From Actinomycetota bacterium (lineage in GTDB: Bacteria; Actinomycetota; Actinomycetes; S36-B12), in assembly GCA_009699015.1 (NCBI GenBank), contig WLOY01000003.1, positions 273 to 64,272 on the forward strand: a DNA stretch of 64,000 nt. The letters run 5' to 3'. Both the position numbers and the translations under genes were made by a program. Position 1 is the stretch's first letter, and the number at the start of each line of letters is the position of its first letter. This document shows, in pieces, positions 21,492 through 30,549 of the stretch. Under the pieces are notes generated by a model. It made no database searches. It was not told the origin of the DNA and saw nothing but the letters and a program-made list of their open reading frames with translations.

Positions 21492-21986
21492 TCAGGGCTT
21501 GCGGCGCTGCCAGGCCCCGGGCTCGGCGAGCAGTTCAGTGACGTCGCTCGGAAGCCGGTTGAGCGCGACGTCCTCGAGGCTGATGCCCTCGAGCACATGC
21601 CGCATGGCCGCGCGCACGGCGATCCAGACTTCGCGGAGGTGCTCGCTCGCACCCGGATACTCGACATCCTCGGGCCGGTTCCCGCGGACGGCGGCCAGTG
21701 GTCCGTCGAGGGCGCGGACGACGTCGGCGATCGTGACGTCGCTGGGATCGCGGTCGAGCCGGTACCCGCCGTCGGCCCCGCGCTGGCTTGCCACGATGCC
21801 CGACTGCCTGAGCTGGCGGAGGATCCCCTCGAGGAACTTCACCGGGACCTGCTGCGCGGTCGCGATTGCCTCGCCCTTGACGAGCTGCAGGGGATCGACG
21901 CGGTAGGCAGCAACGAGTTCGAGCAGTGCTCGCATCCCGTAGTCGGCCTTGGCAGAAATGTGCACGGTGCCATTCTTCCCGGTCAT
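21492..21986 (-). CDS. Rrf2 family transcriptional regulator
   Basis: VHISAKADYGMRALLELV... N-terminal wHTH typical of Rrf2. The start is ATG 21986 or GTG 21965. Confidence 0.85.
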   Translation of the reverse strand: MTGKNGTVHISAKADYGMRALLELVAAYRVDPLQLVKGEAIATAQQVPVKFLEGILRQLRQSGIVASQRGADGGYRLDRDPSDVTIADVVRALDGPLAAVRGNRPEDVEYPGASEHLREVWIAVRAAMRHVLEGISLEDVALNRLPSDVTELLAEPGAWQRRKP

Positions 21987-22311
21987 CCGTTCGTTCGCCG
22001 CATTGCCCGGCTGAACCACTCGCGACACGCCTGCCTCCTCGTTGACTTGACGACTGTTCGGTCAATATATACCTTTGCTATCGACATACTAGGGAAAGCC
22101 GCTCACTGTGGTGATGTCGACTGAATCATCGGAGGGAGGCAGGGGTGCAGCAAATCGAGTACGTCCGCCTCGGGCACCACCGCCACCACGTCGGAGCGAA
22201 TGGCGAATGTTGGTCACGCCGGAGTCGTCAGGCGAAGTGAGCCGACGAATCCAAGGCCCCGACCAAACCCGAATGCTCGTCCAAGAACCTCTCAAGAAGG
22301 AGAACAACGAA

Positions 22312-23454
22312 ATGTCGTTAGCAATCAATCCAGTCCACCGAGCGGTGCGGAATGCACTCGCTATCGGTGCTGCCGGGGCCGCCCTCACTATCGGACTCGG
22401 CACGAGCCAAGCGCTCGCAGCGCCGACGCCATCACCGAGCGCCACTGCAGCCGTGACCGCTGCGGCCCTCCCGAAACTTCCCACCGCGCCCAAGGTGCGC
22501 ATCGGCTTCTTCGCGAATGTCACGCACGCCCCTGCCCTCGTCGCGCAGCAGTTGCGCCTGTTCGAGCAGAACCTCAATCGTGAGGGCACTGCGGTGGAGT
22601 ACGTCCTGTTCAACGCGGGGCCTGCCGCAATCGAGGCGATGAAGGGCGGAGCCATCGATGTGTCCTACATCGGCCCCAACCCGTCCATCGCCGGCTACAC
22701 CTCGACGAACGGCACCCTGCTCAAGGTCGTGTCCGGGGCGACGTCCGGTGGGGCGCAACTCGTCGTGAAGCCGAATATCTACACGGTGAGCGATCTCAAG
22801 GGCAAGAAGATTGCAACGCCCCAGCTCGGCAACACACAGGACGTCGCGCTCCGCTCATGGCTCAAGGACCAGGGCCTGCGGACCTCGATCGCAGGCGGAG
22901 GCGACGTCACCGTCATCCCGACGGAGAATGCGCAGTCCCTCACCCTGTTCAAGCGGGGCGATATCGACGGCGCCTGGCTCCCGGAGCCGTGGGCATCACG
23001 ACTCGTCCTCGAGGCGGGCGCCAAGGTGTTCCTCGACGAGAAGTCGCTCTGGCCAACGGGACAGTTCGTGACGACGAACATCATCGCGAGCCAGGCATTC
23101 CTCAACCAATACCCCGGTACGGTTCGATCGATCCTCCAGTCGAACAACACGGCCATTCGCTACATCGCCGCGAACGTCACGAAGTCAAAGGACCTCGTGC
23201 AGGAGCAGATCACCAAGTGGACCGGCAAACCGCTGCCCGACTCGGTGATCAACCGCTCGTGGGGCAACCTGCGCCTCACGTGGGATCCGCTGCCCCTCAC
23301 GCTCAAGAAGAGCGCCGATGACGCGGTTGCCGCAGGGCTGCTGCAGTTGAAGCCCAATGGCCTGACCGGGATCTACGACGTGCGACTGCTGAACTCGGTG
23401 CTCAGGGCATGGAAGGCGCGCACGGTGACGGCCGCCGGTCTCGGCCAGCAGTAG
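22312..23454 (+). CDS. ABC transporter substrate-binding protein, NitT/TauT (aliphatic sulfonate/nitrate/taurine) family
   Basis: 380 aa from ATG 22312, with an AAGGAGA RBS at 22297-22303. Signal-like N-terminus ...AIGAAGAALTIGLGTSQALA, then an SsuA/TauA-like body (IGFFANVTHAPALVA...). Confidence 0.8.
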   Translation: MSLAINPVHRAVRNALAIGAAGAALTIGLGTSQALAAPTPSPSATAAVTAAALPKLPTAPKVRIGFFANVTHAPALVAQQLRLFEQNLNREGTAVEYVLFNAGPAAIEAMKGGAIDVSYIGPNPSIAGYTSTNGTLLKVVSGATSGGAQLVVKPNIYTVSDLKGKKIATPQLGNTQDVALRSWLKDQGLRTSIAGGGDVTVIPTENAQSLTLFKRGDIDGAWLPEPWASRLVLEAGAKVFLDEKSLWPTGQFVTTNIIASQAFLNQYPGTVRSILQSNNTAIRYIAANVTKSKDLVQEQITKWTGKPLPDSVINRSWGNLRLTWDPLPLTLKKSADDAVAAGLLQLKPNGLTGIYDVRLLNSVLRAWKARTVTAAGLGQQ

Positions 23455-23501
23455 AGCATCCCTGACGAACGACGCCACCATCAATTGAGGAGCAACGCAC
23501 C

Positions 23502-24231
23502 ATGACACTCGCCAGCGGCGCACATCCGACGCATGACACTGCCGGCCTTCCCCCGGCCAGCACCGGCCTTCTCGCGGATCCCCCCGCGAACGCGGTGACC
23601 CTGCGTCACGTATCGAAGCAATTCAGCTCCGAGGGCCCCGTCATCCTCGATGACGTGAGCCTGGATGTGCGCCCTGGCGAGTTCGTCTCGCTCGTCGGGG
23701 CATCGGGCTGCGGCAAGTCGACCCTCCTCAACCTCATCACCGGGCTCGACAAGCCCACGAGCGGCACGATTGAGTGCTCAGGTCCGTCGAGTCTCATGTT
23801 CCAGGAGCCGGCACTCATGCCATGGCTCACAGCCGGCAAGAACGTCGAGTTGGCAATGCTGTTCAACGGGGTCGGGCGGCATGCGGCAGCGCGTGGCGAT
23901 CGCGCGCGCCCTCGCGCAAGAGCGCTCGATCCTGCTCATGGACGAGCCGTTCGCCGCGCTTGACGCGATCACGCGCGACCTCCTCCATGAGGAGCTCACC
24001 CGCATCTGGAACGAGACGGGGATGACCGTCATCTTCGTCACGCACAACGTGCGCGAAGCCGCCCGACTCAGCCAGCGCGTGCTCCTCATGTCATCGCGCC
24101 CCGGACGGATCATCCGCGAATGGGACGTCGCCGATCACGACCCGTGGCCGCTCGACTCACCCTCCGTGGCCGACCTCGCCTCCCAGATAACGTCCGAGCT
24201 TCGACAGGAGATCCGCCGTCATGCCAAGTGA
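23502..24231 (+). pseudogene. ABC transporter ATP-binding protein (NitT/TauT family) disrupted by an internal out-of-frame deletion
   Basis: Walker A GASGCGKST and the Q-loop LMFQEPALMPW lie in the frame of ORF 23502. The signature SGGMRQRVAIARAL, Walker B LLMDEPFAALD and the H-loop FVTHN lie in the frame of ORF 23665. The frames meet near 23866-23872, and about 30 codons normally found before LSGG are missing. Confidence 0.7.
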
Positions 24232-25132
24232 TCAGTCGACCATCGCCCCGATCGACCTCCGTTCCGGTGCGGCCACGAACTCGGTAACCGACCTTGAGAC
24301 CCTGGAGAAGGGACTCGACGCGCTCGAAACCGGAACCTTCCAGCGTCGCAGTGTGAAGGGCATCGTCGGTCGGGCCCTATCGCCCCTCATCGCGATCGCC
24401 GTCATCCTCCTCATCTGGCAGGTCATCATCTACCTCCAGTGGCAGCCCGACTACATCATCCCGTCGCCGAGACAGGTATTCGACGCCCTCGGGATGCAGG
24501 CCGAGCAGGAGATCCTCTGGTCTGCCACCGTCAACAGCATGAGGCGCGCAGCTCAGGGCTTCATCATCGCCCTAATCGTCGCGACGCCGATCGGCGTCGC
24601 CCTCGGCCTGAACCGAACCCTGCGTTCGATCTTCGGCCCGATCCTCACCGGTCTGCAGCAGCTCCCCTCGGTCGCATGGGTGCCCGCGGCGATCATCTGG
24701 TTCGGTCTCTCGGATGCCACGATCTACACGGTCGTGCTCCTCGGCGCGGTGCCGTCGATCGCGAATGGCCTGATCGCGGGCATCGATCAAGTGCCCACCA
24801 TCACCCTGCGGGCCGGCCAGGTCATGGGCGCGAAGGGCCTGCCGCGGGTCTGGCACATCGTGCTGCCCGCAGCGTGGCCCGGATACCTAGCGGGGCTCGA
24901 GCAGGGCTGGGCCTTCGCCTGGCGGTCGCTCATGGCTGCCGAGCTCATCGCGGTCTCCCCGGCGCTCGGCCTCGGCCTCGGCCAGATGCTCGACATCGGC
25001 CGGCAGCTCGGCGACATGGCGCTCGTGCTTGGATCAATCTTCATGATCATGGCCGTGGGCATCCTCGTCGAGCGCGTCATCTTCACCCCGCTCCGTCAGC
25101 GGACCCTCAGGAACCGCGGGCTCATTAGGTGA
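24221..25132 (+). CDS. ABC transporter permease (NitT/TauT family)
   Basis: 303 aa with six hydrophobic segments and an EAA-like loop ...AWRSLMAAELIA.... It overlaps the end of the ATPase pseudogene. Confidence 0.85.
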   Translation: MPSDQSTIAPIDLRSGAATNSVTDLETLEKGLDALETGTFQRRSVKGIVGRALSPLIAIAVILLIWQVIIYLQWQPDYIIPSPRQVFDALGMQAEQEILWSATVNSMRRAAQGFIIALIVATPIGVALGLNRTLRSIFGPILTGLQQLPSVAWVPAAIIWFGLSDATIYTVVLLGAVPSIANGLIAGIDQVPTITLRAGQVMGAKGLPRVWHIVLPAAWPGYLAGLEQGWAFAWRSLMAAELIAVSPALGLGLGQMLDIGRQLGDMALVLGSIFMIMAVGILVERVIFTPLRQRTLRNRGLIR

Positions 25133-25214
25133 AGTGAGGGCTCCCGCGGGGTTGTCCCCGCCACCGTGGACGTGGCGTGTCGCGTGCGCCATGCGGGTGG
25201 GGGAGAATGAGGCC

Positions 25215-26144
25215 GTGACATCGACTCCGTTCTCAGCCCATGGCGCCGTTGATCTCGGTGCCCTCGCCTCTGCCCGCCAGAATCAGCAGCGAGCCGCGGT
25301 CGCAAGGTCCAGCGCGCCCGCCGGCGTCGTCATCGACGTGACCGAGGCCTCCTTCGAGGCCGACGTCATCCACCAGTCGATGACCGTGCCGGTCGTGCTG
25401 GACCTCTGGGCTGAGTGGTGCGGCCCCTGCAAGCAGCTCTCGCCGATCCTCGAGGCTCTCGCCGCCGAATACGGCGGTCGCTGGATCCTTGCCAAGGTCG
25501 ACGTGGATGCGAATCCGCAGATCTCGGCGGCATTCCAGGTGCAGTCGATCCCGGCGGTGTTCGCGGTTATCAAGGGCCAGCCGGTGCCGCTGTTCCAGGG
25601 CGCGTATCCCGAGGCGCAGATCCGCCAGATTCTCGAGCAGCTGCTCACCGTCGCTGCTGAGCAGGGGGTGTCGGGATCGCTCACTGAGGGGGAGCCGGGC
25701 GAGCCCGGTGAGCCCGCGTCGGTCGAGCCCCCGGTCGATCCGCGATTCGAGGCCGCCTTCGATGCCGTCGAGGCGGGCGACTGGGACTCAGCGGAGGCTG
25801 CTTACCGGGCCATGCTCGACTCGAGTCCGGCTGATGCCGATGCTCAGGCGGGCCTTGCCATGGTTGGCCTGTACCGCCGAGTCGAGGGTGTCGACCCGCT
25901 CCAGGCTCGCACCGCTGCCGCGGAGGCGCCCTCGGACGTGCAGGCTGCGATGGTCGCGGCAGACCTCGACGTCCTCGAGGGCAACTGGGCGTCAGCGTTC
26001 AACCGGCTCGTCGAGTGCGTTCGCGCGACATCCGGCGACGACCGGAGCGTGGCCCGGGCCCGCCTGCTGGAGTGCTTCATCATGGCCGGAGACGAACCAG
26101 CGGTGGCCCCGGCCAGGCTAGCCCTGGCAAACGCCCTCTTCTAA
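25215..26144 (+). CDS. Thioredoxin-domain plus TPR-like co-chaperone (YbbN/CnoX-like)
   Basis: The thioredoxin motif WAEWCGPCK is followed by an Ala-rich helical C-terminal domain. GTG 25215 lies 7 nt after a GGGAGAA RBS. Confidence 0.85.
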   Translation: MTSTPFSAHGAVDLGALASARQNQQRAAVARSSAPAGVVIDVTEASFEADVIHQSMTVPVVLDLWAEWCGPCKQLSPILEALAAEYGGRWILAKVDVDANPQISAAFQVQSIPAVFAVIKGQPVPLFQGAYPEAQIRQILEQLLTVAAEQGVSGSLTEGEPGEPGEPASVEPPVDPRFEAAFDAVEAGDWDSAEAAYRAMLDSSPADADAQAGLAMVGLYRRVEGVDPLQARTAAAEAPSDVQAAMVAADLDVLEGNWASAFNRLVECVRATSGDDRSVARARLLECFIMAGDEPAVAPARLALANALF

Positions 26145-26196
26145 CCCCTCATCTTGTCCGCATGCGGGGCAGGTGCCAGCCCGTGTGCGGGGCAGA

Positions 26197-26252
26197 TGAA
26201 CGAATCAGGCGTTTCGGGTGGCGATTTCGTTCGTTTCGCCCGGATTCCGGGC
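26197..26252. repeat. Second, inverted copy of the element found at 11514-11586
   Basis: TGAACGAATCAG (26197-26208) is the exact reverse complement of 11557-11568. It is followed at equivalent spacing by ATTTCGTTC (26224-26232) and GCCCGGATTCCGGGC (26238-26252). In the reverse complement of the 11.5 kb locus the matching blocks are ATTCATTCA and GACCCGGATTCGGGG. Confidence 0.6.
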
Positions 26253-26292
26253 CGGATGGGTAGCGCCGGATGGGTAGTGCCGGATGGTGGGC
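26251..26292. repeat. 14-bp tandem repeat x3 (GCCGGATGGGTAGY)
   Basis: gccggatgggtagc / gccggatgggtagt / gccggatggtgggc, read directly, lying 6 nt from the glgB stop codon. Confidence 0.85.
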
Positions 26293-26297
26293 TGTGG

Positions 26298-28478
26298 CTA
26301 GCTGGGAGTTCGGTTGAACTGCAGGTAGACCGTTGACAGCGGTGGCAGGACGATCTGCGCCGAGGCCGGCCGGTCGTCCCATACCTCCGGCACCGCCTCT
26401 ACAGAACCCCCGTTGCCCACTCCGCTCCCCCCGTAACCCGCTGCGTCGGTGTTGAGGATCTCCGTCCACCGCCCGGCGAAGGGCAGGCCGATGCGATACG
26501 AGTCGCGGGGTGACGGAGACAGGTTCGAGGCAACGGCCACGCAGTTTCCGGCGTCGTCCCAGCGCAGCCAGGTGAACGCATTGGCGCTCGCGTCACCGGC
26601 GTTGATCCACTCGAATCCGCCGGGATCGTCGTCGCGCTGCCACAGGGCCGGGGTCGCCCGGTAGACGGCGTTGAGGTCGGTCAGTGCCGCCCGAACGCCG
26701 GCATGCTCGGCGAACTCGGTGAGCCACCACTCCAGGCTGGTGTCGCTGTTCCACTCGCTGGACTGCGCGAACTCCGAGCCCATGAACAGGAGCTTGCGGC
26801 CGGGGTGGCCCCACATGAAGCCGAGGTAGGCGCGCAGGTTTGCGAGTTGCTGCCAGCGGTCGCCCGGCATGCGCGCGACGAGCGAGCCCTTGCCGTGCAC
26901 GACCTCGTCATGCGAGATCGGCAGGATGAACCGCTCGCTGTAGGCGTAGACCATCGAGAAGGTCATCTCGCCGTGGTGGTACTGGCGATGAATCGGCTCG
27001 CGCTCGATGTAGCCGAGCGAGTCGTGCATCCAGCCCATGTTCCACTTGAGGCCGAACCCGAGGCCGCCGGACGAGGTGGGCTGCGTCACTCCCGGCCACG
27101 CGGTCGACTCCTCGGCGATCGTCATGATGCCCGGCACCCGCCGGTAGGCGGTCGCGTTCATCTCCTGGAGAAATGCGACCGCCTCGAGGTTCTCGCGGCC
27201 TCCGAACTCATTGGGCTGCCACTCGCCGGCCTTTCGCGAGTAGTCCAGGTAGAGCATCGACGCGACGGCATCGACTCGCAGTCCGTCGACATGGAACTCC
27301 TCGAGCCAGAACACGGCGTTCGCGACGAGGAAGTTGCGAACCTCGGTGCGTCCGAAGTCGAACACGTACGTGCCCCAGTCGGGGTGCTCGCCCCGCATTG
27401 GGTCTGGATGCTCGTACAGGGGCGTGCCGTCGAAGCGGGCGAGTGCCCAGTCGTCCTTGGGGAAGTGCGCGGGAACCCAGTCGACGATGACGCCGATGCC
27501 CGCCTGGTGGAGCCTGTCGATGAGGAACCGCAGGTCGTCGGGGGAGCCGAACCGCGACGTGGGTGCGAAGTAGGAGGTCACCTGGTAGCCCCACGAGGGG
27601 CCGTACGGATGCTCGGCGACGGGCAGGAACTCGACGTGCGTGAAGCCTGCGGACCGAACGTAGTCGGTGAGTTCCTCGGCGAGCTGGCGGTACGAGAGTC
27701 CGGCCCGCCAGGAGCCGAGGTGGACCTCGTAGATGCTCATGGGCCGCCGGTGCGGATCACTCGCGGCCCGATCGGCGAGCCACGCATCGTCGCCCCACTG
27801 GTAGGCGGAGGTGAAGACGACCGAGCCGTTGGCGGGCGGGATCTCGGTGGCGAACGCGTACGGGTCGGCCTTCTCTCGCCATGCGCCATCGCGTCCGAGA
27901 ATCTGGAACTTGTAGGTGGCTCCGTCGCCGACCCCGGGGATGAACAGCTCCCAGATGCCGGTCGATCCGAGGGATCGCATCGGGTGGGCGACGCTGTCCC
28001 AGTAGTTGAAGTCGCCGGCGATCCGGACGCCCTGCGCGTTGGGTGCCCACACGGCGAACGAGACTCCCGTGATCGGCCCGAACGGGGTGGGGTACTCCCG
28101 TGCGTGGGCGCCGAGCACCTTCCACAGCTCCTCGTGGCGGCCCTCGCCGATGAGGTGGAGGTCGATCTCGCCGAGGGTCGGGAGGAATCGGTAGGGGTCA
28201 TCGGCCGGGACGACAGTGCCGGCGTACTCGACCTCGACCGTGTAGTGCGGGATCTCGGCGACGTCGATGACCGCGCACCAGATGCCGCGGTACTCATGGC
28301 GAAGCGGCACCCGGCCGTCTGCGGTAACGAGGGTGACGCTGTCGGCGAGTGGTCGCAGCACCCGGACGGTCACGGAGCCCTCGTGGGCGTGCGGGCCGAG
28401 GATGCCGTGGGGCTGGTGGTGGGAGCCGTCGACGATGCGGCCGAGGTCGAGCTCTGAGACGGGGGAGGGATCGCTCAT
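26298..28478 (-). CDS. glgB: 1,4-alpha-glucan branching enzyme
   Basis: 726 aa with GH13 catalytic blocks (GVIVDWVPAHF, DGLRVDAVASMLY, IAEEST, SHDEVVHGK) and N-terminal CBM48-like region. Confidence 0.95.
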   Translation of the reverse strand: MSDPSPVSELDLGRIVDGSHHQPHGILGPHAHEGSVTVRVLRPLADSVTLVTADGRVPLRHEYRGIWCAVIDVAEIPHYTVEVEYAGTVVPADDPYRFLPTLGEIDLHLIGEGRHEELWKVLGAHAREYPTPFGPITGVSFAVWAPNAQGVRIAGDFNYWDSVAHPMRSLGSTGIWELFIPGVGDGATYKFQILGRDGAWREKADPYAFATEIPPANGSVVFTSAYQWGDDAWLADRAASDPHRRPMSIYEVHLGSWRAGLSYRQLAEELTDYVRSAGFTHVEFLPVAEHPYGPSWGYQVTSYFAPTSRFGSPDDLRFLIDRLHQAGIGVIVDWVPAHFPKDDWALARFDGTPLYEHPDPMRGEHPDWGTYVFDFGRTEVRNFLVANAVFWLEEFHVDGLRVDAVASMLYLDYSRKAGEWQPNEFGGRENLEAVAFLQEMNATAYRRVPGIMTIAEESTAWPGVTQPTSSGGLGFGLKWNMGWMHDSLGYIEREPIHRQYHHGEMTFSMVYAYSERFILPISHDEVVHGKGSLVARMPGDRWQQLANLRAYLGFMWGHPGRKLLFMGSEFAQSSEWNSDTSLEWWLTEFAEHAGVRAALTDLNAVYRATPALWQRDDDPGGFEWINAGDASANAFTWLRWDDAGNCVAVASNLSPSPRDSYRIGLPFAGRWTEILNTDAAGYGGSGVGNGGSVEAVPEVWDDRPASAQIVLPPLSTVYLQFNRTPS

Positions 28479-28533
28479 CGGTGGTCCTCGCTTCGGTCTC
28501 GAATGACGCTAGTCACGGGGAAGTTCGCTGACG

Positions 28534-30549
28534 CTAGCCACGGGGCACGTGGATGACGTGGGCAACCTGCTCGAGCGGACGCAGTTGGACGTAGGTGGTC
28601 TGGCCCCATGTCCAGCACTGGTCGGTGACGAGGTCGTGGGCGATGAAGCGTTCGTCCCACCCGAGGCCGAGGGCCGGCATGTCCCAGAACACCTGGCCCT
28701 GCTGGGGACGGTAGGGCTCCAGGGTGCAGACGACGAGCATGAGGTCGTCTTCGTCGCGCTTGGAGAAGGCGACGAGGTTGGCGTTGTCGGTGCGGTGGAA
28801 GGTCAGGGATCGCAGATCCTGGAGCGCGGGGTGGCTGCGCCGCCACTCGTTGAGCTTGGTGAGGAGCGGAGCGAGCGTGTAGCCGCTCGCCTGGGCCCCT
28901 GCCCAGTTGCGCGGGCGGTACTGGAACTTCTCGGTGTCGAGGTACTCCTCGCTACCCGGCCGCAGCGACACGTGCTCGTAGAGCTCGAAGCCGCTGTAGA
29001 TCCCGTAGGTCGGTGAGAGGGTCGCGGCGAGGACGGCGCGGATCGCGAACGCAGCAGGGCCCCCGTACTGGAGGTACTCGGGGAGGATGTCGGGCGTGCT
29101 CGTGAACAGGTTGGGGCGCATTGACGCGGCCGCGGGCCCGGCGAGCTCGCGGCTGTAGGCCTCGAGGTCGTCCTTTGAGTTTCGCCACGTGAAGTAGGTG
29201 TAGCTCTGCTGGAAGCCGACCTCAGCGAGCGCCCGCATCATCGTCGGGCGGGTGAAGGCCTCGGCGAGGAAGAGCACGTCAGGGTCCGTGGCGTTGATCG
29301 CTGAGAAAAGCCGATCCCAGACCCAGATGGGCTTCGTGTGCGGGTTGTCGACCCGGAAGATCCGGACCCCGTGCGAGACCCAGAACCGCACGACGCGCTC
29401 GACCTCGGCGTACAGGCCCTCGGGGTCGTTGTCGAAGTTAAGGGGGTAGATGTCCTGGTACTTCTTCGGCGGGTTCTCGGCGTACGCGATCGTGCCGTCG
29501 GCTCGGGTGGTGAACCACTCGGGGTGCTGGGCCACCCAGGGATGATCGGGAGCAGCCTGGAGTGCGAGGTCGAGGGCGATCTCCATACCGTGCCCGTTGA
29601 TCGCGGCGACGAAGCGGTCGAAGTCGGCGATCGTCCCGAGATCGGGATGGACGGCGTCGTGGCCGCCGTCGCTGGATCCGATCGCCCACGGCGATCCCGG
29701 ATCCCCGGGCCGCGGAGAGAGGGTCCCGTTCGGCCCCTTTCGGTTGATGGTCCCGATGGGGTGGACGGGCGGGACGTAGACGACGTCGAAGCCCATCGCG
29801 GCGATGGCGGCGAGCCTTGGGGTGGCGGTGGCGAAGGTGCCGGAGCGCGGCGGATCGAGGCAGGCGCCCTCGCTGCGGGGGAAGAACTCGTACCACGAGC
29901 CGACGAGTGCTCGGCGGCGCTCGACGCGCAGGGGCCAGGGCCCGCTCACGGTGACGCCCTCGCGGATCGGATACGTGCCGAGCACCGAGCCGATGCGCGG
30001 ATCGGTGCTCGCGGAGAATCGCACCGGTATGGGCAGCGTGCGCGTGCGCAGGGTTCGGGCGGCAGCGAGGAGCAGTTCGCGCGATGCCGGCGGGGTCGGC
30101 ATGCCGCCGGCTGCCGCGGCGAGTTCGAGGAGGAGGGCACCCTCCTCGAACTCGAGCTCGACGTCGATGCCGGCCGGGATCTTGATGGCCGCGCGATGCT
30201 CCCAGGTTCCCCATGGATCCGACCATGCCTCGATGTCGAAGGTCCAGTCGCCCAGGGCGTCGGGCCGGACGGTTGCGGTCCAGTCGTCGAGCCCGTCGCC
30301 GGCGGGGGTCATGCGCAGGCGTTCGTGCTCGGTTCCGTCGGGCCGCCGCAGGATGAGGTGGACGCCGAGTGCATCGTGGCCCTCGCGAAAGCACGTGGCC
30401 CGGACGGGGATCGCCTCGCCGACCGCGGCGGCGGCCGGCCGGCGCCCGCCGAGCACCGACGGCTCGACGTCGGTGATGGGGAACCTGCCGATGAGCAAGG
30501 TGGGCATCTTGTTCGTCATGGTCGGCATGGTCGGCATCGTGTCAGTCAT
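28534..30549 (-). CDS. glgE: Alpha-1,4-glucan:maltose-1-phosphate maltosyltransferase
   Basis: 671 aa. IGRFPITDVEPSV... is a GlgE-specific N-terminus, with GH13_3 blocks (FRVDNPHTKP, FLAEAFT). The gene lies immediately upstream of glgB, as in mycobacteria. Confidence 0.95.
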   Translation of the reverse strand: MTDTMPTMPTMTNKMPTLLIGRFPITDVEPSVLGGRRPAAAAVGEAIPVRATCFREGHDALGVHLILRRPDGTEHERLRMTPAGDGLDDWTATVRPDALGDWTFDIEAWSDPWGTWEHRAAIKIPAGIDVELEFEEGALLLELAAAAGGMPTPPASRELLLAAARTLRTRTLPIPVRFSASTDPRIGSVLGTYPIREGVTVSGPWPLRVERRRALVGSWYEFFPRSEGACLDPPRSGTFATATPRLAAIAAMGFDVVYVPPVHPIGTINRKGPNGTLSPRPGDPGSPWAIGSSDGGHDAVHPDLGTIADFDRFVAAINGHGMEIALDLALQAAPDHPWVAQHPEWFTTRADGTIAYAENPPKKYQDIYPLNFDNDPEGLYAEVERVVRFWVSHGVRIFRVDNPHTKPIWVWDRLFSAINATDPDVLFLAEAFTRPTMMRALAEVGFQQSYTYFTWRNSKDDLEAYSRELAGPAAASMRPNLFTSTPDILPEYLQYGGPAAFAIRAVLAATLSPTYGIYSGFELYEHVSLRPGSEEYLDTEKFQYRPRNWAGAQASGYTLAPLLTKLNEWRRSHPALQDLRSLTFHRTDNANLVAFSKRDEDDLMLVVCTLEPYRPQQGQVFWDMPALGLGWDERFIAHDLVTDQCWTWGQTTYVQLRPLEQVAHVIHVPRG

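Noticed and set aside
22090-22311. Possible SAM riboswitch in the leader of the sulfonate-type importer (ATCATCGGAGGGAGGCAGGGG resembles part of the SAM-I core).
   Set aside because: The remaining SAM-I/SAM-IV conserved elements (GGCCC, GCAACC, GTGCTAA-type segments) are absent, so the resemblance is limited to a purine-rich run.
30505-30549. Repeated ATGCCGACC codons at the glgE 5' end (MTDTMPTMPTMTNKMPT), a possible slippage tract or set of alternative starts.
   Set aside because: The tract is short and in frame. It only affects the choice of start codon, and nothing suggests a function beyond N-terminal length ambiguity.
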